A stretch of DNA of 64,000 nt from Candidatus Thermofontivivens primus. Lineage in GTDB: Bacteria > Sysuimicrobiota > Sysuimicrobiia > Sysuimicrobiales > Thermofontiviventaceae. Each line of letters opens with the position of its first letter. Position 1 is the stretch's first letter. Both the position numbers and the translations under genes were made by a program. Below, piece after piece: positions 19,101 through 28,970 of this stretch. The DNA lies in contig JAVKJW010000008.1 in NCBI GenBank assembly GCA_031458695.1, positions 2,967-66,966 on the forward strand, given 5' to 3'. The notes beneath the pieces were generated by a model, which did no database searches, was not told the origin of the DNA, and saw only the letters and a list, made by a program, of their open reading frames with translations.

Positions 19101-19985
19101 TTACTCCTTTGCGTAGGGCTGGCCCAGCGCTTCGGGTTTTGCCAGGCCCCAACGGGTCCGGAACCACGGGGTGGAGATGAGGGCGAGGATGACGATGGTC
19201 GTCGCAAAGGGTACTGCCCTCCACACGTAGCGGGAGAGGATCCCTGGCAAGAGGAGCTCTGGGCTGAGAGAGAGCTGCCACGTCATCCCAAAGAGGAGGG
19301 CGCCCACGAGAAGGATCCAGGGGTTCCACATGGAGAAGAACACCAGGGCCAGGCTCACAAACCCCCAGCCCATGAGGAAGTTGTAGTTCCATACGGGGTT
19401 GTAGGAGAGCGTGTAGGTTGCGCCCGAGAGGCCTGCGAGCATGCCACCGAGGACGACGCAGAGGTACCTGGTGATTGCGACGTTGATCCCAGAGGCCTCT
19501 GCAGCCGCTGGGTTCTCTCCCACGGACCGGATCGCGAGTCCCAGGCCGGTGTGGTAGAGCAAGAGCCAGACCGCGACGACCAAGGCGAAGGCGAGGTAGA
19601 CGAACGGGGAAAGCCCGAAGATCGAGGGGATGCGCGGCATCCCCAAGGGCCCGGTGTAGGGGTTGCCAATGTATGTGGTCAGGCCGAAACTTAGGATCCA
19701 CAACCCCATCCCGCTCACCACCTGGTCTCCCCGCATTGTGATGGAGAAGAACCCGTGGGCAAGGCCGAGGAGACCACCGATGGCGAGACCGGCGAGGAAC
19801 CCCAACCCGTAACTGCCCGTCGTCTGCGCGGCGATGAAGGCGAGGGTTCCCCCAAACAGCATCAGGCCCTCTAGCCCCACGTTCAGGATGCCCGAGCGCT
19901 GATTAAGGAGTTCACCCAGGGCAGCGAGCAGGAAGATCGTCGAGGCTTCCAGGCTGCGGACAAGCAGCTCCCACATGGAGGTCAC
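19101..19985 (-). CDS. ABC transporter permease (BMP/nucleoside-type uptake system)
   Basis: Multi-TM protein, last gene of the minus-strand ABC operon. YufQ-like. Confidence 0.85.
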   Translation of the reverse strand: MTSMWELLVRSLEASTIFLLAALGELLNQRSGILNVGLEGLMLFGGTLAFIAAQTTGSYGLGFLAGLAIGGLLGLAHGFFSITMRGDQVVSGMGLWILSFGLTTYIGNPYTGPLGMPRIPSIFGLSPFVYLAFALVVAVWLLLYHTGLGLAIRSVGENPAAAEASGINVAITRYLCVVLGGMLAGLSGATYTLSYNPVWNYNFLMGWGFVSLALVFFSMWNPWILLVGALLFGMTWQLSLSPELLLPGILSRYVWRAVPFATTIVILALISTPWFRTRWGLAKPEALGQPYAKE

Positions 19986-21127
19986 CTCTCTGGAATCCCC
20001 GCGGAGACACGGGGTACTTCCTCGGTTGCTACCGGTCGCCAGACGATACGGAACTGGTAAAGGAAGTGAGAGGCAACAAAGGTCATCATGAGGAGCCCTA
20101 AGAGGGCGTAGTCAACCCCAAAGGGGAGATGGAACTGCCCCTGGGCGAATCGGGCCCCTAGGGAGAGACCGGCAAAGAGGAGGGCAATGGGGACGGCCCC
20201 GAGAGCGGTCCCGCGCGCGATGAGGCCGCAAATGATCCCGTAGAATGCGAGGTCTCCGTAGAAGCCGTAGTTTCCGGGGATCTTGTAGACGCCTGGCACA
20301 GCGGCGAAATAGTGGTATCCGGCGAGGCCTGCGAACGCGCCGCCAAGGAGGAAGACCAGCAGGGAGATGGCCACAGGGTTGATGCCAGCATAGCGGGCAG
20401 CGGCTGGGTTGAGGCCGAAGACACGGATCCTGTAACCCAGAGTTGTCTTCACAAAGAGGAAGTCAAGGAGCCCTGCCGCAACGAGGGCGAGCAGAGCGGT
20501 GAAGGGCACACCACGTATAAGCGGGGCGTACAGAGAAGGGGGGAGGTTGAAGCTCTCCCCTTCGCCTGTGGCGCTCATGAAGGGGCCTCCCTCTTTGATC
20601 ATGTAGGCCACAAGCCAGAAAAGGATAGAATTCAGCATCATCGTGACGAGAATCTCGTTGACGTGGAGCTTAGCGCGGAGGATCCCTGCAAATCCAGCAA
20701 GCGCAGCACCAGCGAGGGAAGCCCCCACGACCATGAGGAGGATGATCAGCCCGGGATGGAAGGGTGGATGGGAGAGCTCGCTCATCCGGAGCGCATAGGG
20801 AACCGCGAACGCCGCAAGGGCGCCCACGTAGACTTGGCCAGGCAGGCCAATGTTCCACAAGCCCGCACGCATAGGTACAAGGAAGGCGAAGGTACATAGC
20901 CAGAGGAAGATGGCACGGTGGATAGTGGCTTGGAGCCCATAGGGGTTGGCGAAGGCGTAGGAGAAGACGGCGCGGTAAGCTGAGAGGAAACCAGTCTCAG
21001 CAGGGAGGAAGAGGAAGCTCGAAAGGGCTAAAGCCAGGAGGATGGCCGGGAACGCAGTCAAAGCCGTATGCAGAGCAGGACGCGTGGGCCTCGCTTCTAG
21101 GGTGAGCTCGTACCGGCCGATCCTCAC
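19982..21127 (-). CDS. ABC transporter permease (BMP/nucleoside-type uptake system)
   Basis: Multi-TM protein, YufP-like. 4-nt overlap with the neighbouring genes. Confidence 0.85.
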   Translation of the reverse strand: MRIGRYELTLEARPTRPALHTALTAFPAILLALALSSFLFLPAETGFLSAYRAVFSYAFANPYGLQATIHRAIFLWLCTFAFLVPMRAGLWNIGLPGQVYVGALAAFAVPYALRMSELSHPPFHPGLIILLMVVGASLAGAALAGFAGILRAKLHVNEILVTMMLNSILFWLVAYMIKEGGPFMSATGEGESFNLPPSLYAPLIRGVPFTALLALVAAGLLDFLFVKTTLGYRIRVFGLNPAAARYAGINPVAISLLVFLLGGAFAGLAGYHYFAAVPGVYKIPGNYGFYGDLAFYGIICGLIARGTALGAVPIALLFAGLSLGARFAQGQFHLPFGVDYALLGLLMMTFVASHFLYQFRIVWRPVATEEVPRVSAGIPER

Positions 21128-22710
21128 GACACTCCAGCCTCCTCCCGCCGAAGGCCGGCCATCATCGCGCCCACGGTCTCCGCGTCAGCACCCTCTCGAG
21201 GGAGGATGGCAACGAACCGGCCTTCGTAGATCGGCGCGACCCAGTCGCTCAGGGAGAGGATCTCATCCAGGTCCTCGGAGATGAGCAGGACAGCGGCACC
21301 CCCAGCCTTCGCTTCAAGGAGCTTCCCTCGGAGGAAGGCTGTGGCCTCCACATCCAGCCCCTGGGTTGGGAGGTGGGCGATAAGGAGCTTTGGCTTTCGG
21401 GCGAGAACCCGGCCCACGATGAGTTTTTGCAAGTTGCCTCCGGAGAGGTGGCGAGCCTGGGCATACAGGTGGGGAGCCTTGACCCTGTAGTGGGAGAGGA
21501 TGTGCCGGGTCACCTTTTCCAACCCCGGATGATTGAACAACCCTCGCCGGGAGAACAGGGGGTCAAAGTGAAAGTTCAAGGCAGCGTTCTCCACGAGCGT
21601 GAGGGTTGCGACAGAGGCTATCTCGTACCGTTCCGCAGGGATATAGCCAATGCCCATACGCCATCGGTCAAGAGGCGAAAGCCAGGTTACGTCCCGGCCA
21701 TCGAAGAGGACCCTGCCAGATGCCGGAGGACGCAAGCCGGCCAGGACCTGGACGAGTTCCTCTTGACCATTCCCCGTGACGCCGGCGATTCCCAGGATTT
21801 CTCCCTCGTGGAGGGAAAAGGTGACCCCCCGGAGGGAGAGTACCCCCTTGTCGTTATAAGCGGAAAGGTGTTCCACACGGAGGAGAGGCCTGCCTTTCTC
21901 CACAAGCAGGTCTGAAATCGAGTAGGAGGAGATGTCCTGGCCAATCATGTGCTGGACGAGGAGTTGCTCTGTGGCCTCACAGGTTCGGAGACGCGCTACG
22001 ACCGTTCCCGACCTCAACACTGTGACCGTGTGGCTGATGGCTGTGACAATGGGGAGCTTGTGGGTGACAAGGATCACCGTGACCCCGTGGTCTTGGACAA
22101 GGGCTTGAAGGCTAGCCATGAGCGTTTTGACCTCTGGCGGGGTGAGCACAGAGGTTGGCTCGTCCAGGATCAGGATCTTCGCGCCGCCGTAGAGGGCTTT
22201 CAGGATCTCCACCCACTGCTTCTCCCCCTCAGAGAGCTGCCATACCTTAGCCCCGAGATCCACGGTGAAGCCGTAGCGGTGACAGAGTTCTTCTACCTCT
22301 CGCCGGATGGTCCGGAGGTTGAGAAATCCGCGCGTACCTGGATGCCCGAGGAGGATGTTCTCGAGCACCGAATGCGCCGAGACAAGCTTACGAGTCTGGT
22401 GGACCATGCTGATCCCCATGGCTAGGGCATCATGAGGAGACCTGAAGTGGACCCGCTGGCCCCTGAAGTAGAGTTGCCCCTCATCAGGCTGGAGGAGGCC
22501 GAACAAGATGTTCATGAGGGTGGTCTTCCCGGCACCGTTCTGGCCAAGGACCGCGTGGATCTCTCCTGCCTTCACATCGAGATCTACCCGATGGAGGGCG
22601 AGCACGCCAGGGAACCGTTTGGTAATCCCCCGTGCGGCGAGAAGAGGCTCTTCGGGTTCTGGGTGGGTGAAAGGGAACCTCACCACAAAAGTATACCTCC
22701 ACTCCGTCAT
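21124..22710 (-). CDS. ABC transporter ATP-binding protein, duplicated (two NBDs)
   Basis: Two Walker A sites (GQNGAGKTT and a second NBD). 528 aa, YufO-like. Confidence 0.9.
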   Translation of the reverse strand: MTEWRYTFVVRFPFTHPEPEEPLLAARGITKRFPGVLALHRVDLDVKAGEIHAVLGQNGAGKTTLMNILFGLLQPDEGQLYFRGQRVHFRSPHDALAMGISMVHQTRKLVSAHSVLENILLGHPGTRGFLNLRTIRREVEELCHRYGFTVDLGAKVWQLSEGEKQWVEILKALYGGAKILILDEPTSVLTPPEVKTLMASLQALVQDHGVTVILVTHKLPIVTAISHTVTVLRSGTVVARLRTCEATEQLLVQHMIGQDISSYSISDLLVEKGRPLLRVEHLSAYNDKGVLSLRGVTFSLHEGEILGIAGVTGNGQEELVQVLAGLRPPASGRVLFDGRDVTWLSPLDRWRMGIGYIPAERYEIASVATLTLVENAALNFHFDPLFSRRGLFNHPGLEKVTRHILSHYRVKAPHLYAQARHLSGGNLQKLIVGRVLARKPKLLIAHLPTQGLDVEATAFLRGKLLEAKAGGAAVLLISEDLDEILSLSDWVAPIYEGRFVAILPREGADAETVGAMMAGLRREEAGVS

Positions 22711-22859
22711 TCAGGGCGGAGAGGCCGTAGACGGAGAAGTTACAAGAGGGAGGGAGGCTCCTCCCGCTGTGGAGTACCATAGGCAGGAGGAGCCTCGGAC
22801 CCTCATGGAATGATCACCCTGGTGCAGGACCCAGCTGTGGGGTGGCGCCGGAACCCGCA

Positions 22860-24116
22860 TCACTTCAGGATGGTCATCCCCTCGAGATCGAAGTTGAACT
22901 TCCCAAGGAGCCATTCGTCAGAGGGCATCTGACGGGCTTTCTTCACCACCGTTCCCTTCGGGGGGATTGGGGTGTCCTTGAGCGCCAATCCCGTGCCGTT
23001 GCTCACAAAGGCGTGCTCGAAGAAGGGATCCCACTGGCCCTTCATCATCTGTTCCCTCCGCTGCGCCACGAGCTTGAGAATGGCCTCGGGGATGAGGGGT
23101 CGTGCTTTCGGGCTAATTGCATCGAGACCCACCTTATTGTTGTTCATGATGTCCACGGTCGGGACCACGGCGCCGTCCGCAAGGGTCATGGTGTCCCGCA
23201 GACCCAGGTAGAGAAGGGTCTTGGGGTTGCGGTTGCCGGCGAGATACTCCTTGATCATGTGCTCGTAGAGGACCTCCCAGCGGGTATCGAAGGAGACCGC
23301 AACGGTGTCAGTGCTCGACCAGCCGTAAAAACCGACCACGTCCATGTCCTTGCCCACGAACCAAATCTTCCGCTCTTGCGCTACGTCCAGGGGGGAGCCA
23401 GAATCGGTCTGCTGGGTGATCACGTCCACCTTATACTGGCTCACAAGTGTCTGGGCCACCTCCCGTTCTTCGGTGGGTTTATACCAGTCCCCCACGTATT
23501 TCACATAGACGTTAACCTTTTTGCCCAAGACCTTGGCCGCATCCTGGACACCCAGGAAGAAACCGGCTTGGCGGCGCATCACCTGGACGTTGGGGAAGGC
23601 AGAGACGATGCCGATGTTCCCGGTACGGGTCAGGGCTCCCGCGATCAGGCCTTCGAGATAGAGGGCCTGGTACTGGCGTGGGAAGAAGCGGATGAAGTTC
23701 CGCTTCCTCGTCAAGTCGCTCGCAATGACGGAGGCGAAGTAGACGTTCGGGTACTGGTCTGCAATGGTAGCCAGAGGAAGGCCGATGAACTCAGCATTCC
23801 CCACCACGATGTTGGCACCCTGGGCGATAAGCTCCTTGGCGTAGGGAACGGTTGCATCGGGCCCGACCTCCTCGCGGTAGACGTATCGCACGTTGGGATA
23901 CTTCTGGGCGATGCGTTGTGCCGCACGGTGGTGGGCTCCAGACCAGGTTGTCCCCTTAATAATGCTGAAGTGCAGGATCGCCAGCGTCAGGGGCTTCTGA
24001 GGCGCAGCGGTTGCAGGGGCCCACAGCGTGGCGCCAGCAACCAGAACAAGGGCAACGAGCAGGGCAAAGGCCCGATGCAGGATCCGCACGAACTGGGAAC
24101 GATCTCGTTCGCTCAT
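22860..24116 (-). CDS. BMP-family ABC transporter substrate-binding protein
   Basis: Signal/TM N-terminus, then a PF02608-like sequence (LTLAILHFSIIKGTTWSGAHHRAAQRIAQKYPNVRYVY...). Confidence 0.8.
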   Translation of the reverse strand: MSERDRSQFVRILHRAFALLVALVLVAGATLWAPATAAPQKPLTLAILHFSIIKGTTWSGAHHRAAQRIAQKYPNVRYVYREEVGPDATVPYAKELIAQGANIVVGNAEFIGLPLATIADQYPNVYFASVIASDLTRKRNFIRFFPRQYQALYLEGLIAGALTRTGNIGIVSAFPNVQVMRRQAGFFLGVQDAAKVLGKKVNVYVKYVGDWYKPTEEREVAQTLVSQYKVDVITQQTDSGSPLDVAQERKIWFVGKDMDVVGFYGWSSTDTVAVSFDTRWEVLYEHMIKEYLAGNRNPKTLLYLGLRDTMTLADGAVVPTVDIMNNNKVGLDAISPKARPLIPEAILKLVAQRREQMMKGQWDPFFEHAFVSNGTGLALKDTPIPPKGTVVKKARQMPSDEWLLGKFNFDLEGMTILK

Positions 24117-24130
24117 AGCATCCCCCCTAC

Positions 24131-25111
24131 CTAAGGATTAGGTGAGCACAACACGGTGCAGTTGCTTGCGGTATTCTCCAGGGAATCTGGAAAATCCTGC
24201 GCATGTTTCCTGAGGATCGCCCCCGCAGCAAGGAGGAAGCCCGCGAGCATGTCGGCACCAGAGGTCTCTCCATAGGCCATTACCTTTCGAACGGCCGGGG
24301 TAATGGCTGTAGGGTCGCCTCTAAGGGTCACGTCGAGCAAGCGATGCCAAGCTTCGCTGGCCTCGCCCTCCCTTGCCGCTGCAAGATATGCCGCGCTGAT
24401 CCGGTGGGTCTGGGAGGGGCCTATGCTGGTGATGGCCTCGCGAAGGGTTTCATGGCTTTCTCTAGGGAGGACTGCAAGCGCGAGGAGGACCCCAGCGAGG
24501 ACATCGTCGCCTGAGGGGGTGAGTCCTGGGCCAAGGCCTGCAAGCCCTTTTGCTGCTCTTGCAGCGAGGGCAGGGGAATCCCTCTCCAGTGCTTCCTGGA
24601 GCATCCTCATCGCTTCCCGGGCCCTGACCAGCATAGGGCTGAACGCACCCCCGGCTTCCCTGGTATCTTCGAGGATCCTCGCAAGGCTCTCTGTGGGTGC
24701 CTCTGTAGCGAGGGTCGCTCGCACGGCAGCGAGGCCCTGGAGGAGGCGCTGGGGCACGAAGCTGTTCCAGGGCGTGTAGCGTGCTTCCCAGATCGTCGCT
24801 TTGTCCCATGCGATCGTGAGATCGGAGCCGAAATCGGAGCCGAAATGGATCGTTTCCCTCGTCACGACGAGGGGGGTACCTGGGGTGAGATGGCGAAAGA
24901 CGGCGGGATCCGCGACCACAACGTTGAGCGGACCATTGCCCAATTCTACGGACACGAAGGCAACGATCTGGCCGCTAAGCTCTGCGTAGCAACTCCGGGA
25001 GAAGCTGGCGATCACCGTCCCCCGGTGGGAGAGCTGGAGAATGCCGTGGGCCCGCCGGCTGAGGGAAAGGGCATGGAGGAGCGTGCTGGGGGGAAGGGTG
25101 TTATGCTCCAT
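24131..25111 (-). CDS. DUF2877-family protein (YlbF/AllH-like)
   Basis: Contains a TPSGDDVLAG motif. Start chosen at MEHNTL (ATG 25111), giving an 11-nt overlap with the coxS stop. Family call is from memory. Confidence 0.6.
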   Translation of the reverse strand: MEHNTLPPSTLLHALSLSRRAHGILQLSHRGTVIASFSRSCYAELSGQIVAFVSVELGNGPLNVVVADPAVFRHLTPGTPLVVTRETIHFGSDFGSDLTIAWDKATIWEARYTPWNSFVPQRLLQGLAAVRATLATEAPTESLARILEDTREAGGAFSPMLVRAREAMRMLQEALERDSPALAARAAKGLAGLGPGLTPSGDDVLAGVLLALAVLPRESHETLREAITSIGPSQTHRISAAYLAAAREGEASEAWHRLLDVTLRGDPTAITPAVRKVMAYGETSGADMLAGFLLAAGAILRKHAQDFPDSLENTASNCTVLCSPNP

Positions 25112-25673
25112 ATCCAGAACGTAAGCGCTGCGCAGCGTCCCGGACGGCGTCGATGATCCCCTGGTACCCTGTACAGCGGCAGAGGTTTCCGGCGAGGACC
25201 TCGCGGATCTGTTCATCGCTGGGCTCTGGGTTCTCTCGCAGGAAGGCGAGGGTGCTCATGAGGAACCCAGGGGTACAGAACCCGCATTGCAGGGCGTGGT
25301 GGTCCCGGAATGCTTCTTGGAGAGGATGGAGGCGCTCCGGTGTTCCAAGCCCCTCTACGGTCGTGATCTCAGCCCCATCAGCCTGGACGGCGAAGAGGAG
25401 ACAGCTGCGCACGGCCTGGCCATCGAGGAGGATGGTGCAGGCTCCACAGACCCCATGTTCACAGCCGACGTGGGTGCCCGTCAGCCCGAGTTCGTGTCGG
25501 AGGAAGTCCACCAGGGTCATACGGACATCTACGGTGGAGGTATACTCCACCCCGTTCACCCGCAGCCTGATCTCCTTGCGCGTCCACAAGGGGGGAAGGG
25601 AGACCTTAGCTTGCTTGGACCTTCTGGCCTGCGGGGTTCTCCGCGATGCATTTGTCTGGGCTCTCCTCTTCAT
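25101..25673 (-). CDS. (2Fe-2S)-binding small subunit of xanthine-dehydrogenase/CO-dehydrogenase family (CoxS-like)
   Basis: CEHGVCGACT and CGFCTPGF...CRCTGY cluster motifs. A ~30-aa N-extension suggests the true start may be an internal alternative codon. Confidence 0.85.
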   Translation of the reverse strand: MKRRAQTNASRRTPQARRSKQAKVSLPPLWTRKEIRLRVNGVEYTSTVDVRMTLVDFLRHELGLTGTHVGCEHGVCGACTILLDGQAVRSCLLFAVQADGAEITTVEGLGTPERLHPLQEAFRDHHALQCGFCTPGFLMSTLAFLRENPEPSDEQIREVLAGNLCRCTGYQGIIDAVRDAAQRLRSGYGA

Positions 25674-26545
25674 GCTCCCTCCCTCTGTTTGAACCTTTCC
25701 GCAGCTAGGCGAAGGGCACGCCCGGCGAGGATGCCCGCGACTTCCTTGCGGTAGGTTGCTGAGGCATGGATGTCGCTGTGGGGATCCAGGCGAGCGGCCA
25801 CGATGCGCGCGATTTCCCCAAGCGTGGAATCGTCAAGGGGCCTCCCGGTAGCCGCTTCTTCGGCTTCGGGGAGCCGTACCGGCACAGGGCCCACGCCTGT
25901 GAACCCCAAGCGGGCTTCCGTGCATCGTTCCCCATCCATCTGGACCATCGCCGCCACCCCGACGAGCGCATAGTCCCCATGCCGCCGGGCAACTTCAAGG
26001 AATGCCGTCCCGTATGTCCGGTGAACGGGGAAGCGAACCTCGACCAGCAGCTCCTCGGGTGCGAGGGCCGTCTGCAGGAAGGAGACGAAGAACTCCTCAG
26101 GACGGAGGACACGCGTCCCTTCGAGCCCTCGAACAACGAGCTGCGCTCCCAGGACAAGGGTAACGACAGGGAGCTCCGCAGCAGGGTCTGCGTGCGCGAG
26201 GCTCCCGCCTACCGTCCCCCGGTTACGGATCTGGGGATGGCCGATGTACCGGACTGCTTCGGCAAGGAGAGGAAGTTTCTCCCGCACGAGGCTGGAGAGC
26301 TCGACAGCTCGCTGGCGGGTCATCGCCCCGATGGAAACCGTCGCGTCCTCGTCATGGATGTAGGAGAGTTCGCGCACGCGATTCAGGTCGATGAGGACCG
26401 AGGGGCGCGCCAGGCGCATGTTGAGCAAAGGGACGAGGCTCTGGCCGCCGGCCAGGGGTTTTCCCTCCTCCCTGAAGGTGTGCAGGAGGACAAGGGATTC
26501 CTCAACGGTCTCAGGTGCGGTGTACTGGAAGGGAGCTGGTTTCAT
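25670..26545 (-). CDS. FAD-binding medium subunit of XDH/CODH family (CoxM-like)
   Basis: MKPAPFQYTAPETVEESL...AGGQSLVPLLNMRLA. ATGA overlap with coxL at 26542-26545. Confidence 0.9.
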   Translation of the reverse strand: MKPAPFQYTAPETVEESLVLLHTFREEGKPLAGGQSLVPLLNMRLARPSVLIDLNRVRELSYIHDEDATVSIGAMTRQRAVELSSLVREKLPLLAEAVRYIGHPQIRNRGTVGGSLAHADPAAELPVVTLVLGAQLVVRGLEGTRVLRPEEFFVSFLQTALAPEELLVEVRFPVHRTYGTAFLEVARRHGDYALVGVAAMVQMDGERCTEARLGFTGVGPVPVRLPEAEEAATGRPLDDSTLGEIARIVAARLDPHSDIHASATYRKEVAGILAGRALRLAAERFKQREGA

Positions 26546-28932
26546 CGCGGAGATTTCGCCTCCTTGCTCCTCTCTCGTGCCGTCCGGATGATCTCCAGGA
26601 GCCGGTTTGGGCTCAGGGGCATCTCGGTGATCCGCACGCTGAACTCGGCAAGGGCGTCGTCGATCGCCGAGGCAAACACCGCCGGAACAGGGATGGTACC
26701 CGCCTCCCCCGCTCCCTTCACCCCGAGGGGGTTGAGGGGGGAAGGAGTCTCCACGTGGGCGATCTCGACCTCGGGGACCTCCATCGCTGTAGGGAGCAGG
26801 TAGTCCATGAACGTGCGCGTGAGAAGCTGCCCGTTTTCGTCGTAGACGAGCTTCTCGTAGAAGGCGTTGCCGATGCCCTGGGCGACCCCGCCCCGGATTT
26901 GCCCATCCAGGATCATGGGGTTGATGATGCGACCGCAATCGTGCACGACGACATACTTGAGGATGTTGATCATCCCGGTGTGGATATCCACCTCAAGGAT
27001 AGCCGCGTGGACACCGTTGGAGAACGTCCCTCGGGGCGGGGCGAAGTACCGGGTTGCCTCTAGCCCTGGTTGCTCCCACTCCTCAGGGATGGTTCCGCGG
27101 AGGGGGTTGGCGGCTACGGCGATCTCGCCGAGAGAGAGGGACCTTCCAGGCACGCCGCGGACGAACACACGGCCATCCCGCAGTTCCAGGTCCTCGACGC
27201 GGGCCTCCAGCAGAGTAGCGGCGACGCGCAGGGCCTTCTCTCGGACGGCCTGCGCGGCAAGTGCGACCGCGTTGCCGGCAACCACGGCGGCTCGGCTGGC
27301 AAAGGTTCCAGTCCCCCAGCTGAATGCCCCGCTGTCTCCCGTGGTGATGGTGACATCCTCTACTGGCACGCTGAGGATGTCGGCGATGATCTGAGCGAAG
27401 GAGGTGAAGTGTCCCTGCCCCTGAGTGCCCACGCTAGTCGCTGCGTACACCTTCCCAGAGGGTTCCACCGTCACCCGGCACCCCTCGTACGGGCCGATCC
27501 CGGAGCCTTCCACGTAGCAGGCCAGGCCAAGCCCAACATACCTCCCCTCGCGCCGGTAGCGTTCACGCTCAGAGGGCCAACGATCGTATCCGATCATCTC
27601 CAGGGCCTTTTCCAAGCACGCCGGGTAATTCCCGCTATCGTAGATCAGTGGTGCATTGTCCTGATAGATCAGGCCGACGTCGTAGGGGAACTCGTCTGGC
27701 TGGATGAAGTTCCTGCGGCGGACTTCTGCCCGATCCAGGTTCAGCTCTCTGGCGACCCGGTCCATCAACCGCTCCATCACGAACACTCCGTGGGGCCTTC
27801 CAGCACCACGGTATGGGCTCACAATGGTCTTATTCGTGAACACCGCACGGAACTCGCAGTGGTAGTTGGGAATCTTGTAGGGTCCTGGAAGAGTCGTGCT
27901 GGCCACGATGGGGACGATGAGGCCATAAGGGATGTAGGCACCGGCGTCATAAAGGAAGACGGTCTTGACGCCCAGGATGCGTCCCTCCTTGTCCACGGCG
28001 ATGGATGCTTCATGGATTTGCTCGCGCTCCTGGTTCATGGCCACGAAGTTCTCCAGGCGATCCTCGATCCACTTCACCGGCCGCTCCAGTTGCATTGCCG
28101 CGAATGGGACCACAACCTCCTCAGGGTAGAACATCATGATCTTTGGTCCAAAGCCACCCCCGATATCCGGTGCAATCACCCGCACGCTCGACTGGGGGAG
28201 CCCGAAGAGCCTGGCAAGCCCATTGCGGATGGGGATCGGCGCCTGGGTGGAGTCCCACACTGTGAGCTGGCGCATCTTAGGCTCCCACTGGGCCACAACG
28301 CCGCGACACTCCATAGGTGCAGCAGTACCACGATCGATCACGAACCGCTCGGTAAAGACATATGCTGCCTTCGCGAAGGCCTCCTCCACGTTCCCGACCC
28401 GCTGGGTGTAGTGTGCGCAGACATTCGTCCCGGCATCCTCGTGCACGAGAGGGGCATCGGGCTGGATCGCTTGCTCGAGATCCACCACGGGCGGGAGGGG
28501 ATCGTATTCCACCTCGATGAGCTCGAGAGCATCCTCGGCGACATAGCGATTCTCGGCAATCACAACAGCAATAGGCTCGCCGACGTGGCGGACCTTATCA
28601 GGCGCGAGCGCGTACTGGGTCTTGTGGTGGATAAGGGCAGGGTGGGGAATCAGCTTAGGGAGTGGCTCCTGTAACGCAGGGGGAAGGTCGGCATGGGTGT
28701 ACACTGCGACAACCCCTGGGAGAGCTCGCGCCTTCTCCGTTCGGATCGAGAGGATGCGAGCATGTGCGAATGGGCTGCGCAAGAAGGCAGCGTGCAGGAG
28801 GCCAGGGGGTCGGATATCATCGACGAAGGTCCCACGGCCTGTGAGGAGGCGGGGGTCTTCGTTCCGTTTGATGGGTTCACCAAAGTACCTCGTCACCATA
28901 CTCTCACGACTCTCCCCGGGACGTTCGTTCAT
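26542..28932 (-). CDS. molybdopterin-binding large subunit of XDH/CODH family (CoxL-like, form-II-type motif)
   Basis: 796 aa with IVSPYRGAGRPHG (AYRGAGR-like form-II motif), and a typical aldehyde-oxidase/XDH a/b hammerhead plus MoCo domains. Confidence 0.9.
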   Translation of the reverse strand: MNERPGESRESMVTRYFGEPIKRNEDPRLLTGRGTFVDDIRPPGLLHAAFLRSPFAHARILSIRTEKARALPGVVAVYTHADLPPALQEPLPKLIPHPALIHHKTQYALAPDKVRHVGEPIAVVIAENRYVAEDALELIEVEYDPLPPVVDLEQAIQPDAPLVHEDAGTNVCAHYTQRVGNVEEAFAKAAYVFTERFVIDRGTAAPMECRGVVAQWEPKMRQLTVWDSTQAPIPIRNGLARLFGLPQSSVRVIAPDIGGGFGPKIMMFYPEEVVVPFAAMQLERPVKWIEDRLENFVAMNQEREQIHEASIAVDKEGRILGVKTVFLYDAGAYIPYGLIVPIVASTTLPGPYKIPNYHCEFRAVFTNKTIVSPYRGAGRPHGVFVMERLMDRVARELNLDRAEVRRRNFIQPDEFPYDVGLIYQDNAPLIYDSGNYPACLEKALEMIGYDRWPSERERYRREGRYVGLGLACYVEGSGIGPYEGCRVTVEPSGKVYAATSVGTQGQGHFTSFAQIIADILSVPVEDVTITTGDSGAFSWGTGTFASRAAVVAGNAVALAAQAVREKALRVAATLLEARVEDLELRDGRVFVRGVPGRSLSLGEIAVAANPLRGTIPEEWEQPGLEATRYFAPPRGTFSNGVHAAILEVDIHTGMINILKYVVVHDCGRIINPMILDGQIRGGVAQGIGNAFYEKLVYDENGQLLTRTFMDYLLPTAMEVPEVEIAHVETPSPLNPLGVKGAGEAGTIPVPAVFASAIDDALAEFSVRITEMPLSPNRLLEIIRTARERSKEAKSPR

Positions 28933-28970
28933 TCAGGTATCCTGCTCCTGCGTGTTTAGCCATGGTGCGT

